Positions 40,173-48,920 of a stretch of 64,000 nt of DNA are shown in pieces. Each line of letters begins with the position of its first letter. The stretch's first letter is position 1. Position numbers and translations under genes: made by a program. The notes beneath the pieces were generated by a model, which saw nothing but the letters and a program-made list of their open reading frames with translations, did not search any database and was not told the origin of the DNA. The DNA is from a virus, in the IMG/VR virus record IMGVR_UViG_3300026484_000295, positions 1 through 64,000 of that record; one strand, written 5' to 3'.

Positions 40173-41126
40173 ATGGCTTATGGGCATTATTCTCGACGTT
40201 ATTCATATGAAAGTCCATCACCGGTAGAAGTATCAGATACCGATATAAAGACCTTATTTGATACTCTTAAAGAACAAATAGAAAATAATAAATTAAAAGA
40301 TATAAGATCAACATTATCTAAACTAAAATTATCTTCAAATGAAAAATATAAAGATTATGTCGGGTTTAATGCTGTAATTATAGCTTATATACACGCATTA
40401 AAAATAGGCAGTAATAAAGCAATAAATAGTTTAGAAAAAACTATTTTTAAAAAAAATTTTACATTTGATGGGTTAAATATTATATCGCTTTCTAAAATTC
40501 TAAAAAATGATTTTAAATTATTTATAGATCAATATCTGATACATAAAAACGCAATATACACAATAAATGATAATGAAACTATTACCTTTTTATTCTTAAA
40601 TTATCCTACTGAAACAGAAATAATTATTCAAAATGGTAAAATTAGTAAATTTATAAAAGGGCAGGATAGATTAAATGTAATACTATCAATAATTAAGTAT
40701 TCTAAGTTATTTGAAACTATTGTAACTAGTTTAACAACTTTGTATGGTATCGAATACGTAGATAAATTCTCGATTAAATATGATACTTTGAAAAAAATTC
40801 ATGATGAAATAATCTTAAAACCAAAAAACCTCTTAAAGTCTCTATTAAATGATTTTTACTATATTATATATAGAGAATTTATAACTGCAGATATTTTAAG
40901 TTATGATTTAGAACATAAATTATTATTAGAAATTACACAAAAAAATTATATTGACTCTATACTAAATATAAGTGAAAAAAAACTTTTTGAATTATTATAT
41001 TCAATTAAAGATCCTGTATTGCGCACTAATTTTATAGTTAGTTCTGAAAAAGTATTATCATTAATTATTAAAAATGGAGATAATACACTCATCCCTGATG
41101 AAATAAAGGACATATTTCTTTTTTAA
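40173..41126 (+). CDS. Hypothetical protein
   Basis: 317-aa ORF. Confidence 0.7.
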   Translation: MAYGHYSRRYSYESPSPVEVSDTDIKTLFDTLKEQIENNKLKDIRSTLSKLKLSSNEKYKDYVGFNAVIIAYIHALKIGSNKAINSLEKTIFKKNFTFDGLNIISLSKILKNDFKLFIDQYLIHKNAIYTINDNETITFLFLNYPTETEIIIQNGKISKFIKGQDRLNVILSIIKYSKLFETIVTSLTTLYGIEYVDKFSIKYDTLKKIHDEIILKPKNLLKSLLNDFYYIIYREFITADILSYDLEHKLLLEITQKNYIDSILNISEKKLFELLYSIKDPVLRTNFIVSSEKVLSLIIKNGDNTLIPDEIKDIFLF

Positions 41127-41176
41127 AAAAATTGTAAAATATTATACAAATAACACAGTATAATAAGGTATTTACA

Positions 41177-42331
41177 ATGACACTATCTCACAAAAAAATA
41201 AAATCTATTAAAAAAGTTAAATATTATGATAAAGTATATGATATAACTATGAAGTCCAATCCACACACATTTTTTGCTAATAATATTCTAGTCCATAACA
41301 GTTGTTATTTTAGAATAATGGAGGCAGAAAATTTAGATGAAGCTCAAAAAATTGGTGCCGATGTTGTAAAAGCATGTGATGAAGGTAGCATTCCTATGCT
41401 GGTTAAAGATATTTTTAATGGTGATGATGTCATGAGATCCGATTTTGAGGCTATTGCACGTTCAACTTTATCATACGGTAAAAAGAAACAATATGCGTTT
41501 CTAAAAGGTTGGGAAGACGGCGAAGTACTTCCAAAACCAAAATTAGGTATTACCGGTCTATCTATTAAAAGATCTGATTCACCTAAACAACTATCTATGG
41601 AAATGAAACCATTCTTTACTGAAATTATGAAAGGATTAAAACACGAAGAAATTAAAGAAGCTATGGATAAAATCGAAGGCGATTATGACGATCTAAGCTT
41701 ATACGATTTATCCGCAAAACGTTCAGCAAACAATTTAGGTAAATATTTAAAAGCATTCAATTATGAAATTGAATATAAATCTAGGCCCTATAATATAGAA
41801 AAAATTGATGAATTTTTAAAAGAAGAGTATCAAGATATAAAAATTAAAATAGATGATAAAATATATTTTGATTTTATGAGAGAAGGTAAAGGACGTTATT
41901 CATTAGAAGATGGCAATTTAATAAAGGATGTTAATGGTGAAATTTATATTGAAGCAAAGGTAAAAATGGTTGTTCCATTTCATATTAAAGCATCAATTTT
42001 ATATAACTATCTATTAGATGAATATAATTTATCGTCTGAATTTAATCAAATATTAAATGGCGAAAAAATTAAACTTTTTTACATTAAACCTACAAAAATA
42101 AATATCAAATATACAAATAGTGATGGTGAAGTATTTGATATGATACAAGAATTTGATTGTATTGCATTCCCTTCTAGTTCTAAACACATACCAACATTTA
42201 TTAATGATTTTACTCCAGATAAAAAGAGAATGTTGGAAACTTATTTCTTTGGTAAAATGGAAACCATTTTTGATGTTATTGGGTTTAGTAAAGAAAAACT
42301 TGAAAATATAGCTATGGATTCACTATTCTAA
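41177..42331 (+). CDS. Split intein C-half fused to family B DNA polymerase C-terminal fragment
   Basis: IntC aa1-41 VYDITM...HTFFANNILVHN|S; then SCYF, KKKQYA, ITGLSIKRSDSP, PFHIKAS..YN, GEKIK..Y. Confidence 0.92.
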   Translation: MTLSHKKIKSIKKVKYYDKVYDITMKSNPHTFFANNILVHNSCYFRIMEAENLDEAQKIGADVVKACDEGSIPMLVKDIFNGDDVMRSDFEAIARSTLSYGKKKQYAFLKGWEDGEVLPKPKLGITGLSIKRSDSPKQLSMEMKPFFTEIMKGLKHEEIKEAMDKIEGDYDDLSLYDLSAKRSANNLGKYLKAFNYEIEYKSRPYNIEKIDEFLKEEYQDIKIKIDDKIYFDFMREGKGRYSLEDGNLIKDVNGEIYIEAKVKMVVPFHIKASILYNYLLDEYNLSSEFNQILNGEKIKLFYIKPTKINIKYTNSDGEVFDMIQEFDCIAFPSSSKHIPTFINDFTPDKKRMLETYFFGKMETIFDVIGFSKEKLENIAMDSLF

Positions 42332-42339
42332 ACGTATAA

Positions 42340-42726
42340 TTAAAAACTATATACGTTTAGACTATCTATAAATTCATTCCATTCTTCAATACTATTATTA
42401 CTGAATTGTTCAGCATTCGCTTTATCAAATGTAAATCCAATATTAGGAACTTTCTCTAAAATACGCTTATAAAAGTTTATATCTTCAAACGTATTTTTAA
42501 TTGAAATTTTTACATTTGTTTTTTTTAATTTATTTAATGTTGTTATTATTGTAGACATACGTTCACCACGTTTAAAACCGGTTACTTTTTCCGACAAATC
42601 ACCTACTATAAAATATTTTATACCATGTTCATTAGCGGTTTCTAATTCTTGCATTAATTTTAAATTAATACTCTCAATTTCTTCATTAAATTTATATAAA
42701 CCTAGTACAGTATTTAATTCATTCAT
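42340..42726 (-). CDS. Hypothetical protein (weak AP-endonuclease-2/TIM-barrel-like pattern)
   Basis: VKISIKN...NIGFTFD; metal ligands not evident. Confidence 0.45.
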   Translation of the reverse strand: MNELNTVLGLYKFNEEIESINLKLMQELETANEHGIKYFIVGDLSEKVTGFKRGERMSTIITTLNKLKKTNVKISIKNTFEDINFYKRILEKVPNIGFTFDKANAEQFSNNSIEEWNEFIDSLNVYSF

Positions 42727-42855
42727 AATAATCCTCTTGTTTAGTCCTAATTTGTATTATTATTTAGTTAAGTTTTTTACTTTATTATAAAGTTTATTTC
42801 TATATATTTTAAAGGAATTTTACAAAATGTTATTTTTAATCCCTTTAAAATATGA

Positions 42856-43821
42856 CTATTTATAGAGCCAAGATTTAATAATTTCTTTCTGTTTTTGACT
42901 AAGATCAACATAAAAAATTTCCACCTCAACGATAAAATCACCAATTTTATCTTTATTAATTGACTTAATACCTTTTTCTTTAAAAACTAATTTCTTTTTA
43001 TTTTTTATATCATTCATATCAACAGTAATCTGTTCATTAATACCATCAATAACAATTTCATCTTCTATTAAAATATCTAATACATTAAGTTTTAAAGTTT
43101 TATATATATCTAAACCATCTCTTCTAAATTCACTATCATTAATAATATTAAGTTCAATATATAAATCACCCCGTATATTATTAATTTTATTAGCCTTACC
43201 CCTCATAACTAGACGGGTATAATTGTCGACTCCTGATGGTATAACACAATTTAATTTTATAATCTCTTCTTTAAAACCTAGACCATTACAACTATTACAC
43301 GAATCTATTTTTGTATATCCTACACCTTTACAGTTTGTGCATAATATATTTGTGGTGATAAAACCACTTTTACTTTGAATAGTGCCATTGCCGTCACAAC
43401 TTGGACAGGGTTTAAAATTACCACCATACCCTGTACATACCTTACATTCAATCTTTTGCTTAAATTCAAATGGTATTTCAGTACCAACGATTGATTCATA
43501 GAAATTAATTTCCATTTGAATCACTTCATCTTTTTTAAAAGTTTTTTTTAATTTCTTTTTGATTTCTTTCTTTGGTTGACTAAAAATTGTATGTATATTT
43601 TTATGATTATTATAACTATAATAAAGTTTATCATAATCATAACGTTTTTGTGGATTTGAAAGAATATTATAAGCTTCATTAACTGTTTTAAAAATACTTT
43701 CAGAATTCTTATCTTTATTTAAATCCGGATGATATTTTTTTGCTAATTTTCTATACTTATATTTTATATCCTCTAATAAAGCATTAGGAGATATTTCTAA
43801 AATAGCATAATAATCAATCAT
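42856..43821 (-). CDS. dnaJ: DnaJ co-chaperone
   Basis: DYY.IL, YHPD, four CxxCxGxG repeats, GDLY; start ATG 43821 after GGAG. Confidence 0.93.
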   Translation of the reverse strand: MIDYYAILEISPNALLEDIKYKYRKLAKKYHPDLNKDKNSESIFKTVNEAYNILSNPQKRYDYDKLYYSYNNHKNIHTIFSQPKKEIKKKLKKTFKKDEVIQMEINFYESIVGTEIPFEFKQKIECKVCTGYGGNFKPCPSCDGNGTIQSKSGFITTNILCTNCKGVGYTKIDSCNSCNGLGFKEEIIKLNCVIPSGVDNYTRLVMRGKANKINNIRGDLYIELNIINDSEFRRDGLDIYKTLKLNVLDILIEDEIVIDGINEQITVDMNDIKNKKKLVFKEKGIKSINKDKIGDFIVEVEIFYVDLSQKQKEIIKSWLYK

Positions 43822-43898
43822 AGTTACTCCATTTTTAAGATATTTATTTAAGGGAATCAACATAAGTATTAATTTTGCAATATTTTTGCCATTTTAGT

Positions 43899-43925
43899 TT
43901 AAGTTTTTTGCACTATAACCGATAT
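43899..43925 (+). promoter_or_regulatory. Sigma-28 (FliA) promoter of the flagellin gene
   Basis: TTAAGTTT-N11-ACCGATAT versus consensus TAAAGTTT-N11-GCCGATAA. Confidence 0.8.
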
Positions 43926-43986
43926 TGTAATTGTAAGAGAAATATATTCTTTATTATATCATATTTCTCTTTAAATAAAACTTAAA

Positions 43987-44023
43987 TGGAAAAGGAAATT
44001 CCACTTTACACAATGGAGGTGTA
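43987..44023 (+). promoter_or_regulatory. Two CsrA-type ANGGA hairpins in the flagellin 5' UTR, the second containing the SD
   Basis: TGGAA-AAGGAAA-TTCCA (43987-44003) and TACAC-AATGGAG-GTGTA (44007-44023). Confidence 0.7.
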
Positions 44024-44025
44024 TT

Positions 44026-44829
44026 ATGTTTAATTTAGGACAAGCTCAATCAATTTTAGGAATTAACAATTCAAACGATCATATTTATAGATTGAATGAA
44101 CAGTTACAAACAGGTAAAAGAATCAACAAAGCAGCTGATGATGCTTCTGGGATGGCAATCGCAAATCAATTAAGATCACAAGCAAATGGTCTGGGACAAG
44201 CAATTAGAAATTCTAATGAAGCTATTTCATTAACAAATATTGCGGATGGTGCATTAGAAGAATATACAAAAATTATTATGGAAGTTAGAGATAAAGCTGC
44301 ACAAGCTATTTCAGATTCAAACTCTACTGAGTCTAGAACAGCACTTCAAAATGATATTAATGAATTAATTAAATCAGCTGAAGCTATAGCAAACGACACA
44401 TCATATAACGGTATTAAACTGTTAGACGGCACATTTACAAATAAAGTATTCCAAACTGGTGCATATAGTGGACAAACAACTTCAATCTCAATTTCAAGTA
44501 CTAAAACTGCTGATTTAGGTATCGATGGATTAACTGTTGATAGTGCTACAAACGCAGCAACTGCGTTAGATGATATTGATGCAGCATTGAAATCATTAGA
44601 TGGAATTAGAAGTGGTATTGGTTCTGTAACACAAGGTCTTGAATCAAAAGTTAGAAATATGGAAGCAACACAACAAAATGTTTTAGCAGCAGAATCTAAT
44701 ATTAGAGATGTTGATGAAGCAGCTGCAAAAGCAGAATTAGATAATTGGACAGTAAGAAATCAAGCATCAATGTTTGCATTTCAAATGGCTGCAAGACAGC
44801 AACAAAATATTTTAAGATTATTCCAATAA
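44026..44829 (+). CDS. Flagellin (minimal D0/D1 type)
   Basis: TGKRINKAADDASGMAIA, ADGAL, SR.ALQ..I, TSYNGIKLLDG.F, FQTGA, RSGIGS, AAESNIRDVD, QQNILRLFQ. Confidence 0.95.
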   Translation: MFNLGQAQSILGINNSNDHIYRLNEQLQTGKRINKAADDASGMAIANQLRSQANGLGQAIRNSNEAISLTNIADGALEEYTKIIMEVRDKAAQAISDSNSTESRTALQNDINELIKSAEAIANDTSYNGIKLLDGTFTNKVFQTGAYSGQTTSISISSTKTADLGIDGLTVDSATNAATALDDIDAALKSLDGIRSGIGSVTQGLESKVRNMEATQQNVLAAESNIRDVDEAAAKAELDNWTVRNQASMFAFQMAARQQQNILRLFQ

Positions 44830-44832
44830 TTA

Positions 44833-44863
44833 TTTAGGACGGGGTTAATAACCCCGTCCTAAA
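44833..44863 (+). terminator. Strong GC-rich hairpin after flagellin (attenuator or stabiliser; no U tract)
   Basis: TTTAGGACGGGGTT-AAT-AACCCCGTCCTAAA, perfect 14 bp. Confidence 0.65.
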
Positions 44864-44883
44864 ATACAAATAGGAGAATTATT

Positions 44884-45150
44884 ATGGGTGAATATGCAAA
44901 TAGTGTCGACAGTTTTTTAATACTATTTTACAACCAGTTATCAAAAAAAATGAGCGAACTAAAATCAATTAAAAATATTAAAGAAAGAGAAGAATTAAAA
45001 TCCAAAATGTTGGAAGCTTTAGATATGCTTACAATGAGTGCACAAGATGAAAAATTTAAAAATTTTTCAGAATTTTTGGCAACCAAAATCATTTTAAATA
45101 AATTTGATGAAGTAAAAGAAATATGTGATACTGTTAAACAAGGAGTTTAA
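44884..45150 (+). CDS. FliS-like flagellin chaperone (divergent, shortened)
   Basis: LILFYNQL...K.LEAL..L..S......F..FL......DEV..I...VK helical pattern matches FliS; directly follows flagellin. Confidence 0.55.
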   Translation: MGEYANSVDSFLILFYNQLSKKMSELKSIKNIKEREELKSKMLEALDMLTMSAQDEKFKNFSEFLATKIILNKFDEVKEICDTVKQGV

Positions 45151-45152
45151 TC

Positions 45153-45461
45153 ATGATAGATTCAATCGGAAAAATTAATCAAACGTTCAATATTCAAGCA
45201 CAAAGCAAAGTAAATATTCAACCGGAACAAAAAGCGGATTTGAGCAATTTAAATAATGAAATTCAAACAATCAATGAATTAGTTGAAAATAAAAATATCA
45301 AAGTGGAATTAAATGAAGATATTAATATGATACAAGTCAAAGAATTAGATAAAACAGGGGAAATAGTTTTAAAATCTATTCCACCTGAAGATTTTATAAA
45401 AAGGGTAAAATATTTCAAAGAAAATATATTACCAACTCTAATGATGGATGAAAGGGTCTAA
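45153..45461 (+). CDS. flaG: FlaG family protein
   Basis: NIKVELNED...QVKELDKTGEIVLKSIPPED...LMMDERV. Confidence 0.85.
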   Translation: MIDSIGKINQTFNIQAQSKVNIQPEQKADLSNLNNEIQTINELVENKNIKVELNEDINMIQVKELDKTGEIVLKSIPPEDFIKRVKYFKENILPTLMMDERV

Positions 45462-46225
45462 TTTTTAGATTTTAATTTTTCAAAAGCAAGTTTTTCTGCT
45501 TTAACGTCTATATTATTAGATAGCTTTAACTCCGATGGAAAAGTATTTTCTATATAAGGTATTAAAACTGGAGGAACGAATTCTTTCCATTCATCAGATT
45601 CATCCATAATAGCCTTTCGTATTTCCGTCCCACTCATACAAATACTCTCTTTTAATCTATCAACGATATGTATTTGGATAGTATTTTCACCATATTCATT
45701 ATTTAGAGCATCAAACCAACTAGCATCATGCTTAGATCCAGCATAATAATGATTTGGTTTTGGTAAATTCATACCATCAATTTTACCAAATACAAAAGAA
45801 GCCCAAGCGATTTTAGAAACTGTACCAAGATCTTTAAGTTCAACAATTTTTAGTTTAGATTTCTTCCCCGTTACACCGAATACTTTTTCAATCATTTCTC
45901 GTCTTTGTTTTGGTGTAAATGGATTATTGATATTACCACTTTCTTGAATTGAACCTAAACCAACAATAACAATATCCATCTCTTTCATCATACGGGAAAT
46001 CAATTCAAAGTGACCTTCATGCGTAGGTTGCATTCTCATTACAGCCAAGCCAATATTTTGTTTCATTTCAACATTTATAATTTCCAATTCATCATCTTGA
46101 TAATTTTCTTTTAATATCTTGATAGCTTCTATCTCTGAGATCGATTTAACGTCTTCTGTTTCAATATACGTAGAATTGAATTCATCTTCATATTTGAAGT
46201 TAATAGTATATGTGTTTATAATCAT
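45458..46225 (-). CDS. Nicotinamide-nucleotide adenylyltransferase (NadM-like)
   Basis: RMQPTHEGH, GLGS.QE....NPF....R..MI, SGTEIR. Confidence 0.85.
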   Translation of the reverse strand: MIINTYTINFKYEDEFNSTYIETEDVKSISEIEAIKILKENYQDDELEIINVEMKQNIGLAVMRMQPTHEGHFELISRMMKEMDIVIVGLGSIQESGNINNPFTPKQRREMIEKVFGVTGKKSKLKIVELKDLGTVSKIAWASFVFGKIDGMNLPKPNHYYAGSKHDASWFDALNNEYGENTIQIHIVDRLKESICMSGTEIRKAIMDESDEWKEFVPPVLIPYIENTFPSELKLSNNIDVKAEKLAFEKLKSKN

Positions 46226-46306
46226 TTTTTCTCCTTAGTTATACCTTTTAACTTTAGTTAAATACTATAACAGTTTTTCTTTATTATACATAATTTTAAT
46301 CTAAAA

Positions 46307-46681
46307 TTATTTTAATTCACATCTAGAAATATGAAATGTGGAACTTTCTATATGTCCTTGCTTTCTATTATACACTTGCCATCCATTATCAGGATCGTTA
46401 AAAACTTCATATGTTTTACTCGGATAAATCCTTATCCCACCTTGAGGCGATAAACATATTAAAGATGGGTAATTATTTCTAACAAGATTAAGAGCTTTTT
46501 CTCTAAAATCAAATGATTTAAAAAAAAACATTTTAATAATTAAAAAAACAATCAATGTTGGAACAAGGACTATAACCCATGATCTACATAACAAACCAAA
46601 ATCTGTAGTACAAAATATATTAATTTTCTTAAATATTATATCAATAATATTAATGTTATTATTTTTATTTTTGATAGTCAT
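46307..46681 (-). CDS. Membrane protein
   Basis: Single TM segment; 124 aa. Confidence 0.6.
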   Translation of the reverse strand: MTIKNKNNNINIIDIIFKKINIFCTTDFGLLCRSWVIVLVPTLIVFLIIKMFFFKSFDFREKALNLVRNNYPSLICLSPQGGIRIYPSKTYEVFNDPDNGWQVYNRKQGHIESSTFHISRCELK

Positions 46682-47903
46682 TTTTAATCTCCGCTATTAA
46701 TTGTTCTCTTGTATTGACCGATGGATTTTCAATTACAAGATTTAATAATTTAATTAATTCATCACCAATTTCTGTACCTTGTAATCCAAGATTAATTAAA
46801 TCATACCCATTCACTTTTAATTGACTAATTTTATACGGTTCTTCATCAACCGTACCTACCTTATTTTTAAGGGCTTTTAGAGTGATTAAACCTTCTTTAT
46901 GATTATTCTCCTTATTAAGAATTTTAAACGTATTTAAAAGTCTCTCACACAAATCAAACTTACCATTTGCTAATCTAAGAAGTGCTTTAACCGTTGCTTG
47001 ATCTGAAAAATCTTTTCCTTCAAAATCATCTTGAAAAGTGATGAATAAAGTGTATAACTCTTTATATTCAGAACTCAATTTAAGAATTTGAATATCCCCT
47101 TTCATTTTAAGTAATAATGGCAAGTAATCAAATGTCTTAAACATATCTTCAAGTACTCTTTGATGAACTTCATCATCCTTAATAAATCTATGAAAAATTC
47201 TCATATCATGCAGAGCTCCAATGACAAAGTTTAAAGAATATGAGTCCTTTTTAAGGATTTTAAACATAGAGTCTAACTCTTGATAAATCCTCTCAATCGA
47301 AACAACAGAGTCATCATAAGTATAAATGGCGGCTTCTAATTGGTCTCTTGTAGTAGTAAAACCGAGACTATCAAAGCGTGATAGAAATCTTATAAATCGG
47401 ATAGAACGAAGATTGTCCTCTTTAATCCGTTTAGTTGCATCTCCAACAAATCTAATAATTCTATTATCAGAGTCCTGAATACCACCGGTTGGATCAAAAA
47501 ATTCATTTGTAATTGGGTTATACCCACAGGCATTAATAGTGAAATCTCTCCTACTTGCATCAGCATCAAAATTATCAGCAAAAGCAATGGTGGCATTTCT
47601 ACCATCGCAAGAGACATCATATCGATACCGTGTTACTTCATATAATTCTTTGTCGAGTTTAATAGATACAGTTCCATGTGCTTCACCAGTTGGTATAACA
47701 TTTTTAAATAGTTTATTAGTTATTTCTATTGGACAATTTGTTGCAAAATCAATATCTTTTGGACTAATACCAAGATATAAATCTCGAACAGGCCCACCAA
47801 CTATAAGACATTCGTACCCTGCATTCATAAACGTTTTGGTAATAAAAATACTATGTGCTTTGAAAGGTTCTGGAAGTTGATCGAAATATCGTTTAAAATT
47901 CAT
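46665..47903 (-). CDS. cca: CCA-adding tRNA nucleotidyltransferase
   Basis: VGGPVRD, DIDFAT, G..HGTV, DGR, RRDFTINA, EDNLR..R.RF. Confidence 0.9.
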   Translation of the reverse strand: MNFKRYFDQLPEPFKAHSIFITKTFMNAGYECLIVGGPVRDLYLGISPKDIDFATNCPIEITNKLFKNVIPTGEAHGTVSIKLDKELYEVTRYRYDVSCDGRNATIAFADNFDADASRRDFTINACGYNPITNEFFDPTGGIQDSDNRIIRFVGDATKRIKEDNLRSIRFIRFLSRFDSLGFTTTRDQLEAAIYTYDDSVVSIERIYQELDSMFKILKKDSYSLNFVIGALHDMRIFHRFIKDDEVHQRVLEDMFKTFDYLPLLLKMKGDIQILKLSSEYKELYTLFITFQDDFEGKDFSDQATVKALLRLANGKFDLCERLLNTFKILNKENNHKEGLITLKALKNKVGTVDEEPYKISQLKVNGYDLINLGLQGTEIGDELIKLLNLVIENPSVNTREQLIAEIKNDYQK

Positions 47904-47956
47904 TATCTTCCTTTAAGTTTTTATTTTATATTATATTGTTATTAAACTTAAAATTA

Positions 47957-47964
47957 TATAAATA
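47957..47964 (+). promoter_or_regulatory. T4-type late promoter TATAAATA upstream of cheY
   Basis: Exact TATAAATA 20 nt before the ATG; the same octamer precedes the fibre operon (57393-57400) and the holin (59822-59829). Confidence 0.55.
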
Positions 47965-47984
47965 GTTAAAAAAGGAGGATTTAA

Positions 47985-48344
47985 ATGAAAGTATTAGTAT
48001 TAGATGATAGCAAAACAATGTTAAGAATCATCACAAACACTTTAGCTAGAATAGGACATAAAGATGTTGTTACTGCTGAAGATGGGGTGCAAGGTTTAGA
48101 AAAGTTTAAAAATGATAAATTCGATATAATTTTAACCGATTGGAATATGCCAAATATGGATGGTTTAGCTTTTGTTAAAGCTGTACGAAAAATGAATGAT
48201 GATATACCAATCGTTATGATAACAACGGAGGGTGGAAAAGCTGAAGTAATTACAGCTTTAAAAGCTGGCGTGAACAATTATGTCGTTAAACCATTCACTC
48301 CACAAGTGCTTAAAGAAAAATTAAAAGATATACTTGGAGAATAA
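47985..48344 (+). CDS. cheY: Chemotaxis response regulator CheY
   Basis: LDDS, TDWNMP (phospho-Asp), ITTEGGKAEVITALKAGVNNYVVKPFTPQVLKEKL, closely matching Campylobacterota CheY as recalled. Confidence 0.93.
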   Translation: MKVLVLDDSKTMLRIITNTLARIGHKDVVTAEDGVQGLEKFKNDKFDIILTDWNMPNMDGLAFVKAVRKMNDDIPIVMITTEGGKAEVITALKAGVNNYVVKPFTPQVLKEKLKDILGE

Positions 48345-48920
48345 TTAAATTTCTCTCAAGTATTTTTTTTCTAGTAATTTTAATAATCCAAATTCAAAAC
48401 CCTGAAAATCACCAAATTCAATAAATTCATTTTCTTTTCTAATTTCATTCATTAAATTAACTTCTATTTCTAACTCTTTATCTACACCATCTTTAATAGG
48501 CATAATCATTGTAAAAGGATTAATAGTATTATCACGAATAAATTTTGTACATCTACTAATTTTCCAAACTGGAAAATTATCTGATTCTTCATCAATTTCA
48601 AAGTATAAATAGCTATGCTCTAAGCCATCATCTTCTTCATAAAATTCATTGAATGCAACTGTAAATGGAGTATCTTCAGGAAAGCCTTCCATCCTTTTTA
48701 CCATATCATCCAACTCTATATTTAAATCTATTTTCCAATCACGTTTAAAGTAATCAATAGGTATTTCTTGTTTAATATCTAAACCTGCTAAACAAATGAT
48801 AAATTTATCTTCTATTTTAATAGGGGATATTACATAATTGAATAATCTTTTATGTCTAAACACTTTCCCTATCATATCTTCCATCTTAAATAAATTAGAT
48901 TCCACCTTAATTCTTCTCAC
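48345..48920 (-). CDS. Hypothetical protein
   Basis: 191-aa ORF. Confidence 0.65.
   Translation of the reverse strand: MRRIKVESNLFKMEDMIGKVFRHKRLFNYVISPIKIEDKFIICLAGLDIKQEIPIDYFKRDWKIDLNIELDDMVKRMEGFPEDTPFTVAFNEFYEEDDGLEHSYLYFEIDEESDNFPVWKISRCTKFIRDNTINPFTMIMPIKDGVDKELEIEVNLMNEIRKENEFIEFGDFQGFEFGLLKLLEKKYLREI

Noticed and set aside
42856-48344. Host chromosomal fragment (dnaJ, flagellin, NMNAT, cca, cheY) misassembled into the phage
   Set aside because: No bacterial synteny (no dnaK, fliD or cheA), similar AT richness, interleaved orphan ORFs, a phage-type TATAAATA before cheY, and divergent flagellin and FliS. It cannot be fully excluded without reads
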